Source: a virus. Taken from it: a DNA stretch of 64,000 bases. The notes beneath the pieces are model-generated. The model did not search any database and was not told the origin of the DNA. It saw only the letters and a program-made list of their open reading frames with translations. Below, piece after piece: positions 55,903-63,539 of this stretch (position 1 is its first letter; each line of letters starts with the position of its first letter). The stretch lies in the IMG/VR virus record IMGVR_UViG_3300033143_002031, positions 1 through 64,000 of that record. The stretch is one strand, 5' to 3'. Made by a program: the position numbers and the translations under genes.

Positions 55903-56571
55903 ATGCCCTATGTGATCGGAGTGGACGAATCTGGGACGGGCGCTTGGGCGGGAAGTTTTTTTGTAGGGGCAGTCGCCGTTGAGGTGGTGCCATTCAACAG
56001 TGCCATCGGGCGCCACCTGAAGGACTCGAAGAAGCTGAGTGACGCCCGGAGGCGGAAGGCGTGCCCGCTCATCCGGGAGCACGCCGCAGCCGTTGCTGTG
56101 GTGGAGGTCCCGGTCTGGCAGATCAACCTCGGACCGAGGACGGCCTGGCGCATCGCAATCTCCAAGGCCCTCATGGAGGTCCGGGAGGCCCTGGGCATCG
56201 AGCGGGAGCAGGCCGACGAGCACGCGCTCTTGATCGACGGGCCACCCGACTCGGACCTGATCACGATGCTCGGGAGCGGCGGCTGGTACCACCCGCGCTT
56301 CGAGGTGGAGGGGGACGACAAGTTCCCCGCCATCATGGCCGGGGCGATCCTCGCCAAGACAGCACGCAACGATGCCATGGTTGGGCTGTCCTCGGAGTTT
56401 CCCGAGTACGGCTGGGAGCGCAACTCGGGGTACGGCACGCCGGAGCACTGGAGGGCGTGTCAGGAGCACGGCATCACCAAGCACCACCGCCGGATCAAGC
56501 GGCTGCGGAAGTGTGAGGGCTACAAGCCCAAGGGCAACTGGTTCGATGAAGAAGGAAACCGTGACGAGTGA
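55903..56571 (+). CDS. rnhB: ribonuclease HII
   Basis: IGVDESGTG..AG; KDSKKLS; IDG; GDDK..AIMAGAILAK..R; YGW..NSGYGTPEH. Confidence 0.9.
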   Translation: MPYVIGVDESGTGAWAGSFFVGAVAVEVVPFNSAIGRHLKDSKKLSDARRRKACPLIREHAAAVAVVEVPVWQINLGPRTAWRIAISKALMEVREALGIEREQADEHALLIDGPPDSDLITMLGSGGWYHPRFEVEGDDKFPAIMAGAILAKTARNDAMVGLSSEFPEYGWERNSGYGTPEHWRACQEHGITKHHRRIKRLRKCEGYKPKGNWFDEEGNRDE

Positions 56572-57127
56572 TGGTCGTTGGCAGGCTGTTCTGGAGGCGC
56601 ACAAAATGGGCGGACCGGAGTGGCAGCAAGAGGAGAAGTTCAAGCCGCTCGGCGCTTCGGGCGAGGTGCTGGGGATGAAGTGCGTCGAGCCTGGCTGCGA
56701 TGGGCTCCTCCACCTCATGTGGTCCGACCGCGTGCAACGCTACTGGTACTCGTGCACGAACTGGCCACGGTGCAAGGGCTCCCTGCCGTGCGACAAGGCG
56801 GGAGCCCCACGCGGGAAGCCCCGGACCAAGGAACTCCAGGGGTGGCGCAACAAGGCCCACGAAATCTTCGACACCTTGTGGAAGGACAAGCACTGCGCCC
56901 GATCGGCTGCCTACGCCTGGTTCCGCCGGGTGATGGTGTGCACGCCCGATCAGGCGCACATCTTCAAGCAGGATGTGGAGGGCTGCCAGAAGCTCATTGC
57001 TCTAGTCGAGGAGAAGGGACCTGGAACCGAGTTCTGGGAGTCGTGGTTCAGGCCAGGCAAGCGCGTGACGCCGAAGAAGGGCAGCGGAAAGAAGCGGCGA
57101 CGATCTACTTCTCAGGGGACTCGGTGA
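56561..57127 (+). CDS. zinc-finger protein (C4 ribbon plus DUF3268-like helical region)
   Basis: GTG start; CVEPGC..WYSCTNWPRCKG; WRNKAHEIFDTLWK..RSAAYAWF..HI. Confidence 0.65.
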   Translation: MTSDGRWQAVLEAHKMGGPEWQQEEKFKPLGASGEVLGMKCVEPGCDGLLHLMWSDRVQRYWYSCTNWPRCKGSLPCDKAGAPRGKPRTKELQGWRNKAHEIFDTLWKDKHCARSAAYAWFRRVMVCTPDQAHIFKQDVEGCQKLIALVEEKGPGTEFWESWFRPGKRVTPKKGSGKKRRRSTSQGTR

Positions 57128-57272
57128 TGTGTTCGAGCCAGTCCACGTTGCCGTCGATGCTAGGATCGGGATTGTCGCGAAAGATGTTCACGAGGAGACG
57201 AGGATCGTTAGGATCGCGCTTGTCACCAGGGTCCTGCGGTTCGCACGCTTGAAACCAAGGTTCCCACGGCAT
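57105..57272 (-). CDS. 55-aa Pro/Asp-rich protein (below the ORF-track cut-off)
   Basis: Minus strand AGGAGA-5nt-ATG; MPWEPWFQACEPQDPGDKRDPNDPRLLVNIFRDNPDPSIDGNVDWLEHITESPEK*; TGcTACTCT extended -10 upstream. Confidence 0.55.
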   Translation of the reverse strand: MPWEPWFQACEPQDPGDKRDPNDPRLLVNIFRDNPDPSIDGNVDWLEHITESPEK

Positions 57273-57304
57273 GATCGTCTCCTGGTAGAAGGGTAGAGTA
57301 GCAC

Positions 57305-57505
57305 ATGGGAGTGGATAAGTGTGAGTGCGGGAAGCGTCTACCGACGCACCTGCTAGGGATCATGAAAAGCTACGAGCACGTGTGCTCCTGCGAGCGCAGA
57401 TACGTGGACCGGGATGGGAAGTTTGCTCGGGACAGGACCGCTCCCAACTCAATCGCTGAGTATGATCGAGCCCACCCTGTGGACGGAGAGGTGGAAAAGG
57501 GATGA
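57305..57505 (+). CDS. small Cys-containing protein
   Basis: KCECG..HVCSCER. Confidence 0.5.
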   Translation: MGVDKCECGKRLPTHLLGIMKSYEHVCSCERRYVDRDGKFARDRTAPNSIAEYDRAHPVDGEVEKG

Positions 57506-57777
57506 GTGTAGGAAAACTTCGCCTAATTCAGTACATACGCGGACACCTCGATGCCGCTATCCACAGGTTGCTCCGACCCTACGTCGGTAGGCTCATGGAG
57601 AAGATGGCTGCCGAGGTGACGTTCGAGGGTGAGTGCGAGGATGACGACCTGCCCGACTGCGACGCTTGTGATCAGCACGGTCACTGCCCCTTCGAGGTCG
57701 GCGAGATGTACCAGGCGCCTCCCGGCTTCATGCTCGTGCGGCCGGGGCCTCCCCCGGACCCGCGCGACATGAACTGA
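57502..57777 (+). CDS. hypothetical protein
   Basis: ATGA overlap. Confidence 0.55.
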   Translation: MSVGKLRLIQYIRGHLDAAIHRLLRPYVGRLMEKMAAEVTFEGECEDDDLPDCDACDQHGHCPFEVGEMYQAPPGFMLVRPGPPPDPRDMN

Positions 57778-57784
57778 GGGCATC

Positions 57785-58174
57785 ATGGGCGAGCTACTGT
57801 TCCCGGGCATCCTGTACGGCGCACCGCTGGACGAGGAAACTCTCGGCCTCCGCAGCGGCTCGATCCACGTGTGGCGTGAGGCTGACCTCAAGACCACGCA
57901 CGTCTGGTTCGGGCGCCACGAGGGGGAGGATCGGAAGTGCGTCGGCATCGACCTGGCGCGCATCACCCACGAGGTCCCCGTCGAGTCGGAGGAGCCTCCC
58001 GGTGTGGCGATGCTGATCGACTACGGCGAGGGGCGTACCTACTCGGTCGGGAACGACGTCTGCTGGAACAGCCACGAGCGGCTCGTCTACTGCCTCGATC
58101 ACATCCTCCACGAGTGTGCCGACAGCATCTCGGAGTGGATGGACGCCGACCCTGTGGAGCTACCCGAGGACTAG
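57785..58174 (+). CDS. hypothetical acidic protein
   Basis: SD GAGGG. Confidence 0.6.
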   Translation: MGELLFPGILYGAPLDEETLGLRSGSIHVWREADLKTTHVWFGRHEGEDRKCVGIDLARITHEVPVESEEPPGVAMLIDYGEGRTYSVGNDVCWNSHERLVYCLDHILHECADSISEWMDADPVELPED

Positions 58175-58229
58175 GAGTTTTCCTCCCCGCCGGGGCGCCG
58201 CGCCGGTCGATAGGGCCATTTCCGCTTAC

Positions 58230-58336
58230 CCACACTTCCCCACATATCGACACCGACTGCAACGTTTGCTCTTGACTCTCGCCGTGTCCTATGCGATGCT
58301 GGGTACATGGTCGCGGATGGGTTCCGCGAAGGAGGG
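58230..58336 (+). promoter_or_regulatory. repeated promoter + 5' hairpin + SD module, copy 5, with degenerate upstream box
   Basis: CCACACTTCCCCACATATCGACAC; TTGACT, 17 nt, GATGCT; hairpin TCGCGGA-TGGGT-TCCGCGA 58311-29. Confidence 0.75.
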
Positions 58337-58341
58337 ATGAG

Positions 58342-58599
58342 ATGAAGACGAAATACCACAACGGTGTGACCTTGAAGCTAACGACGACCGAGTGTGAGGT
58401 TGTGGACCCGAGCGCGAGAATCTGGATCATCGTTGCGACGATCGAGGGGTCCAGAGAAGTGACGTTCGGCCCGTACACCCGCCCCCAGGCGATACGCGGG
58501 TTGAACGCGCTCGCCCCCGCGTTCGGTGCGATCGAGCAGGCGTTCGCGGATGTGTGTCTCGCGATCGATACCTTCAGCCTCAACGACCTCGGGTCGTAG
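58342..58599 (+). CDS. hypothetical protein
   Basis: Directly behind the promoter module. Confidence 0.6.
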   Translation: MKTKYHNGVTLKLTTTECEVVDPSARIWIIVATIEGSREVTFGPYTRPQAIRGLNALAPAFGAIEQAFADVCLAIDTFSLNDLGS

Positions 58600-58633
58600 G
58601 GGAGTAGAGGCCGGCAATCTTCACCGGCAGTGA

Positions 58634-58706
58634 CGTTTGCTCTTGACACGCTCCCTGCTCCGTGGTAGGGTGAGAATAGATGGCGGATGACTTCCGCCAG
58701 GAAGGA
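58634..58706 (+). promoter_or_regulatory. repeated promoter + 5' hairpin + SD module, copy 6
   Basis: TTGACA, 17 nt, TAGGGT; hairpin TGGCGGA-TGACT-TCCGCCA 58681-99. Confidence 0.8.
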
Positions 58707-58711
58707 TCGAG

Positions 58712-58918
58712 ATGCCCTACGGATACGACGACTTCGACGACGGCGCGGGCTTCGCTGACCCCGGCGGCCGGAGCGCCTTGCGCGCGGCCACCCGCAACAA
58801 CCCCCGCGACCGGACCTGCCCGACCTGCGGGACCCCCAACGTGCTCACCCGCATCGACGCGGCACGGGGCTACCAGTGCGACCGCTGCGCGGACCGCGAC
58901 GAGATGGGAGGCTACTAG
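58712..58918 (+). CDS. small zinc-ribbon protein
   Basis: CPTCGTPNVLT..YQCDRCAD. Confidence 0.7.
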   Translation: MPYGYDDFDDGAGFADPGGRSALRAATRNNPRDRTCPTCGTPNVLTRIDAARGYQCDRCADRDEMGGY

Positions 58919-58921
58919 GCC

Positions 58922-59134
58922 ATGATCGTCGCGAACCAGAACTTCACCGAGGCGCAGTCGTCCCTGCTCCGCTCGATGGTCTTCGCACCTTCCCAGTGGC
59001 GCTGCCCCCTCGTGAGCGACGAGGACCTGACGGACGACCTCGCCTGGCTCGCCGAGCGAGGGTACATCGTGGCGAGCGACTGGGACTGGCTCCCGACCCG
59101 TCTTGGGGCTCGTCTCGTGTGGTCGGTGGACTAG
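58922..59134 (+). CDS. small hypothetical protein
   Basis: SD GGAGG. Confidence 0.55.
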   Translation: MIVANQNFTEAQSSLLRSMVFAPSQWRCPLVSDEDLTDDLAWLAERGYIVASDWDWLPTRLGARLVWSVD

Positions 59135-59168
59135 GGGGTTACAATCTTCTCGTGTGGAGGGAGCCAAG

Positions 59169-59423
59169 ATGCGTATCTGTGCGAGTTCGGGGGAGTTCAT
59201 CCCGTCTGGGGGTAGCGTGCGTTGCACCTGCGGACGCCTTTGGACAAACCACGACAAGTCGGGCGAGCCTCAGTTCGTTGTGCCCCTGCACACGAGCCAG
59301 AGGGCGGTGACTGCGGCGAAGATCCGCAAGGAACTGGACATCTATTTCGATGCGTCCGTGAGCCGGAAGCGGGTTCGCGAGACGGCTCGTCGGGACAGCG
59401 AGCGGAAGTGGGCACGACGGTAG
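59169..59423 (+). CDS. small basic Cys-containing protein
   Basis: SD GGAGGGAG; CASSG..VRCTCG. Confidence 0.55.
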   Translation: MRICASSGEFIPSGGSVRCTCGRLWTNHDKSGEPQFVVPLHTSQRAVTAAKIRKELDIYFDASVSRKRVRETARRDSERKWARR

Positions 59424-59496
59424 CATTGGACGCGCTCTGAGCGCACCGGCTCGGAGCTACCAGGAGTCTCAGGTCTGAGACTAGGAGGATGAAATT

Positions 59497-60213
59497 ATCT
59501 GGGTATTCACGCCGATCGGCTTCTTCTCAGCCACGCTCACGAACAAGAGCTACAACGAACTGCCCCCCGAGATGCAGACTGGCCACATCATGGTCCGTGC
59601 CCGCGTGTACGATGACCTCGTGCGGCTCGTCGCCGAGCACCAGACGCGCGGGTTCGGGAGTGAGCCCGAAATCTTCGCTCTCAAGGGGCACGACTACCCG
59701 TACCGGATCGTCATCCCGCAGGTGGAGTGGATCGCTCTCGCGGCTCGCCTCGCCGAGATGGTCGACTACTCGAACTTCAAAAATGCCGTGACTGACAAGG
59801 CGGCGACTCGAATCGAGGGTGACGCGCGGCACGACCTCTACATGAAGATCTGGGGGGTCATGCACGGGGCCGAGGACTGGCTCAAGAGGCGCGTGTCGGA
59901 CCTCCGGCGCCCCCGGCCCAGGCAGGGCGGCCTGGGCTTCTGGCAGAGCCCTGGGCTCTACCACGGCGATCCTCGCAGCGACGCGGAGATGCGGGCCAAC
60001 TATGAGCCTGCGCGTGGCTGGGAGGCGTGGCTGTCGGACGAAGAGCGCGAGGCGATCGAGTGCGAGCCCCCGCTGGTCGACGGGGAGGACATCACCTTCG
60101 ACGAGGACGAGGACCCGTTCGACCTCGTGATCGACGACCCGACGCCCGATGACATCGCCCGGTTCGAGTTGGCTCTGATGCGGTCGGACCAGCGCCGAGG
60201 AAGGGGCCGGTAA
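59497..60213 (+). CDS. conserved-type phage protein (WxFTxxGFFS..VRAR..DYPYR); start non-canonical or at ATG 59572
   Basis: Frame open from TAG 59482; family-like N-terminus IWVFTPIGFFS lies 75 nt upstream of the first ATG. Confidence 0.65.
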   Translation: MWVFTPIGFFSATLTNKSYNELPPEMQTGHIMVRARVYDDLVRLVAEHQTRGFGSEPEIFALKGHDYPYRIVIPQVEWIALAARLAEMVDYSNFKNAVTDKAATRIEGDARHDLYMKIWGVMHGAEDWLKRRVSDLRRPRPRQGGLGFWQSPGLYHGDPRSDAEMRANYEPARGWEAWLSDEEREAIECEPPLVDGEDITFDEDEDPFDLVIDDPTPDDIARFELALMRSDQRRGRGR

Positions 60214-60219
60214 TCTCCC

Positions 60220-60519
60220 ATGTTCGATCTCGACTTCAGTGAAGAGTTCTTCATGGGCGAGGGTTACGACTACTGCGCCCTACCCGAGCCCAGCGAGACG
60301 CCGACGTCCGTCCTCCAAGCCTTCGTGTCCATGCACCCGGACGACTGGGTGACCTACTGCCGCGACGTCGTGGACGTGATGCCAGGCACCGAGGCCGCGC
60401 TACCCACAGCCATGCGGCACGTCCGCAAGGTCAACTCGTGCACGACCCTGACGCCCCCTGTCGAGGTCTGCGCGGGCGGCGGCTACGTCCTGCTCGTCTA
60501 CCCGAGCGAATCCAACTAG
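60220..60519 (+). CDS. hypothetical acidic protein
   Basis: ORF track; MFDLDFSEEFF. Confidence 0.6.
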   Translation: MFDLDFSEEFFMGEGYDYCALPEPSETPTSVLQAFVSMHPDDWVTYCRDVVDVMPGTEAALPTAMRHVRKVNSCTTLTPPVEVCAGGGYVLLVYPSESN

Positions 60520-60616
60520 AGCCCCCGCCGAGCCTACTTCCAACCCCGCGCGATCTGGTGCGTTGTCCATGAAAACTCACCCGTGGTACGCTGGCTGCCT
60601 CATGAGGGAGGAAACG

Positions 60617-61159
60617 ATGAAGAAGCTACTCGTCTTGGCGGCGTTTGCGGCCATCGTCCTGGTCCCGTCTCTGGTGCTGGGACAGCCGTGCCCGCCGGTC
60701 GATATCAACCTGTCGGTGGCCGACCAGGCGCAGGAGTGGTGGATGGTGCTCCTGGACTTCCTGGTCCAGTTGTCCGCGCCGCTCGTCACGATGATCCTTG
60801 GTGTCCTTGGCACCTGGATGGTCCGAAAACTCGGTAAGAAGTGGGACGTGGAGAAGCAGCAAGCGGCGATCACCCTGACCAACAACATGGTGGCGGCCGG
60901 CGTCTCCTTTGCGGAGGAGCAGGCCCGGAAGGCGCTTCGCTCGGACAAGGTGAAGACAGAGGGAGCCGACAAGATGCAGGCCGCTGTCGATTTCGTGATG
61001 CAGCAGTTGGACTCGTCGGGACTGCCAGGCATCGCCGAGGCTGAACTGGAAGACCTGATCGAGTCGCGGCTCCACCAAGAGCGATCGAAGCCGGACGGGA
61101 TCATCCCGAATGATCCGGCAGGGCCTCTCGATCCTGAGCCCCCACCCGTCGCTGCCTGA
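60617..61159 (+). CDS. holin-like membrane protein (LL-H-type pattern) with N-terminal signal/TM
   Basis: SD GGGAGG; TM LVTMILGVLGTW; AGVSFAEEQ..GADKMQAAVDFV..L..LIES; upstream of amidase. Confidence 0.55.
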   Translation: MKKLLVLAAFAAIVLVPSLVLGQPCPPVDINLSVADQAQEWWMVLLDFLVQLSAPLVTMILGVLGTWMVRKLGKKWDVEKQQAAITLTNNMVAAGVSFAEEQARKALRSDKVKTEGADKMQAAVDFVMQQLDSSGLPGIAEAELEDLIESRLHQERSKPDGIIPNDPAGPLDPEPPPVAA

Positions 61160-61189
61160 CTATCGCGCCCTACCACATAACGATTGCTC

Positions 61190-61219
61190 TTGACACATCG
61201 GCAAACTCCTGCCTATCCT
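61190..61219 (+). promoter_or_regulatory. sigma70-like promoter for tmRNA
   Basis: TTGCTC-TTGACA, 18 nt, TATCCT. Confidence 0.6.
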
Positions 61220-61278
61220 GATGGTTCACGGCTGGGGCGATTCTCTGCGGTCAATCAGGGGTACGCTGCCAGCCACAC

Positions 61279-61687
61279 GGGCTGGAAATGGCTTCGACAG
61301 GTACACGGAAGATCGAGGGAGCGTGCCGGGGATGATCGTCGCCCGTAAAAACGCGGTCGAACAGCAATTGCCAACAGCGATAGCTACCCGGAGGTTCGCG
61401 CAGCAGCGTGACCTCTCGTCCTGCCGGGGCTCTGCTCACGGCTTCGGGTCAGGGCGTCATTCAGTGGGCTGGTCTGTGAAACGGCGTCTCCGAAGAACGC
61501 CGGGGGTCCTGCACTGGTCAGGCGTCAGCCCCCACGGACGAGATAGGACGCGCGATCTAGCCCCTCCCAGTCCGGGTCTAACCAGGGAGTGGTGAAGTGG
61601 TGGGCATACCCCACCAGGCTCGGCTTGTGCACGGAGAGCCCCCGAACTGAAGGTGCGTGGACTCGGGTTCGATTCCCGACCAGTCCA
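61279..61687 (+). ncRNA. ssrA: tmRNA (409 nt), tag peptide ANSDSYPEVRAAA
   Basis: 5' GGGCTGG..GGCTTCGAC; acceptor GGGCTGG/CCAGTCC with G3-U70; T arm TCGGG-TTCGATT-CCCGA; pk1-like CGGG..CCCGTAAAAA; tag frame GCC 61370 to TGA 61411. Confidence 0.92.
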
Positions 61688-61710
61688 AAGGTGTTGGCAA
61701 CACCGTTGCT

Positions 61711-61739
61711 CCACCCCTCGGCTAGCCACTGAGGGGTGG
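61711..61739 (+). terminator. GC-rich hairpin after tmRNA (possible terminator or processing signal)
   Basis: CCACCCCTC..GAGGGGTGG; no U-tract. Confidence 0.4.
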
Positions 61740-61763
61740 GGCGCAAACTCCTAGAGGGGGTAC

Positions 61764-62552
61764 ATGGCACTGATCATCCGAGGCACCGAGGTCGAGGTTC
61801 CCAACCTGGCCATCCGATCCTGGCACGACGACCCGAAGCTGAAGCTCGACGGTGAGGACTACCGCGCACGACCTGATACGTGGGTGCGCGGGATCATCCT
61901 TCACACGACGATGGGCATTCCTGGCGGCCGGATCAAGACGCCGCAGGACATCCAACCCGGGCTCGGCCCTGACACCGGGAGAGACGAGCGCATGGCGCAG
62001 ATGTGGTCGGCGGACGATCGGCGCGCGGGCGCGCATATCGCTGTGGACCACGACGCCTCGATCTGTTGCTTCGCGGACCTTCAGGAGCACATGCCCTTCC
62101 ATGCCGGCAACGTCAATGCGGTGACGATCGGCATCGAGATGTACCAAAACTCCAAGGGGCGCCTATACCAGGGCCAGTTGGAGGCCGTGGTGAGGCTCGT
62201 GCACTTCCTCACCAAGACGTTCTCGATCCAGCGGCAGTTGCACCACCCCTACGGGCGCCAAGCCTTGAAGCGCGGCTTGAGGCGTGGCACCGACATGGTA
62301 GGGGTCTTTGGCCACCGCGACGTGAGCAACAACCGAGGCGAAGGTGACCCCGGCAACCCGATCATGAGTTTGCTCATGGACGCCGGCTACGAGGCGTTCA
62401 ACTTCGCTCACAACGAGGACAAGGACGTCTGGGCCACGCGGCAAGAGAACCTCGGTCTTCTGCCCGATGGCGTGCCCGGTCCGAAGACGGCGGGCGCCCT
62501 TCTGACGAGGGGACGCCCTCACGGTCTCTGGGTCAACAGGCCCGGCGACTGA
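61764..62552 (+). CDS. endolysin: N-acetylmuramoyl-L-alanine amidase (Amidase_2) with peptidoglycan-binding tail
   Basis: IILHTT, AHIAVD, FHAG.VN..TIGIEM, GHRDV, and C-terminal GLLPDGVPGPKT. Confidence 0.85.
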   Translation: MALIIRGTEVEVPNLAIRSWHDDPKLKLDGEDYRARPDTWVRGIILHTTMGIPGGRIKTPQDIQPGLGPDTGRDERMAQMWSADDRRAGAHIAVDHDASICCFADLQEHMPFHAGNVNAVTIGIEMYQNSKGRLYQGQLEAVVRLVHFLTKTFSIQRQLHHPYGRQALKRGLRRGTDMVGVFGHRDVSNNRGEGDPGNPIMSLLMDAGYEAFNFAHNEDKDVWATRQENLGLLPDGVPGPKTAGALLTRGRPHGLWVNRPGD

Positions 62553-62890
62553 TGAGCGATCAACTCAGCCTAGACACGGGGCCGAACCCCTACGCGACCT
62601 TCGAGGGCAAGACCTACCTGAAGGCCGTCATCATAGCGTCGGCAAACTCCGCCTTGGCGAGGAAGGAGTGGCTCATCTTGCCGCCCGGCGTGATCTTCGA
62701 GCCTGTGAATTCGCCGTGGCCGTGGCGTTCCGTGAAGCCGCTTCCATTCAAGGGTCGGTTCCTGGCAGAGCCGGTCGAGACCCGTGACGACATGAGCCGC
62801 CTTCACGCGCTGGCACACGCCGTCAAGTGCGTTGTGGATGTACCTGACGACTGCCCGCCGATCGGGCGATGGGAGAGAGCCGATGTGTAG
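62552..62890 (+). CDS. hypothetical protein
   Basis: TGATG overlap. Confidence 0.55.
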   Translation: MSDQLSLDTGPNPYATFEGKTYLKAVIIASANSALARKEWLILPPGVIFEPVNSPWPWRSVKPLPFKGRFLAEPVETRDDMSRLHALAHAVKCVVDVPDDCPPIGRWERADV

Positions 62891-63089
62891 CCTCTGTGGG
62901 GACCCTCGACACGCCGACATGCGCTGCCCGTGCTTTGGGTACTCAGGCGGGGAGTACAGTCCGCCGGCCGAGGCGCAGCACGGCGCCGAGTCGAAGCCCC
63001 AACAGGAGTCCAAGAGCAGGGAGTTTTCCTCCCCGCCAGCCGCGCCGCGCCGACCCTCCGCCAGTCCTCCGGACCCCCAGCACTCATAG
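62883..63089 (+). CDS. small Cys/Pro-rich hypothetical protein
   Basis: ATG 62883 overlapping upstream stop; the 3' part overlaps repeated intergenic motifs, so it may be spurious. Confidence 0.35.
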   Translation: MCSLCGDPRHADMRCPCFGYSGGEYSPPAEAQHGAESKPQQESKSREFSSPPAAPRRPSASPPDPQHS

Positions 63090-63140
63090 CCCCCGCACCC
63101 ACACTGACCTGCCAATCGACACACCTCCGATCTTTTTTCA

Positions 63141-63213
63141 CGTTTGCTCTTGACACGAGCCCTCCCCTCGCGTAGGCTGTAAGTGAGGTCGGGGATGAGT
63201 TCCCCGAAGGAGG
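63141..63213 (+). promoter_or_regulatory. repeated promoter + 5' hairpin + SD module, copy 7
   Basis: CGTTTGCTC-TTGACA, 17 nt, TAGGCT; hairpin TCGGGGA-TGAGT-TCCCCGA 63189-63207; AGGAGG. Confidence 0.8.
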
Positions 63214-63218
63214 ACAGG

Positions 63219-63539
63219 ATGCCCGGAACCAAGATCGCTACCGTCTACCACGCCGACACCGACGCTGTTCGCGCCCGGGGCGGGAGCGCCTTCGACTGCG
63301 AGGCCAACTGGCCCGAGGAGTACAACGTCGTGGCGCGCGTCGAGACCGGCGACCTCGGAACGGTCTTCGAGAAGACCAACCACATCGACCACGAGTGGTG
63401 GGACAACGACGGCGTGGAGCGCATCGGCCCCCCGACTCGCTCGACCTCGGTCGGGGACGTGGTGGTCCTGGACGGCGTAGCTCACCGCTGCGAGCCCTGC
63501 GGCTGGTCTGTGATCGGCCCTTTCGAGGTGGCTGCGTGA
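63219..63539 (+). CDS. hypothetical acidic phage protein
   Basis: TRSTSVGDVVVLDG motif recurrent in phage early proteins. Confidence 0.65.
   Translation: MPGTKIATVYHADTDAVRARGGSAFDCEANWPEEYNVVARVETGDLGTVFEKTNHIDHEWWDNDGVERIGPPTRSTSVGDVVVLDGVAHRCEPCGWSVIGPFEVAA

Noticed and set aside
61226-61278. Extra tRNA upstream of tmRNA (GGCTGG..CCAGCC stem)
   Set aside because: Too short, with no D or T arm; at most a precursor leader hairpin
43178-63154. TTTGCT as a T4 MotA box
   Set aside because: It sits upstream of an intact TTGAC -35 instead of replacing it at -30; the resemblance may be coincidental
43225-63207. Leader hairpins as CsrA/RsmA sites because several contain GGAUG
   Set aside because: The GGA is paired in the stem rather than exposed in the loop, and one copy has CGAUG
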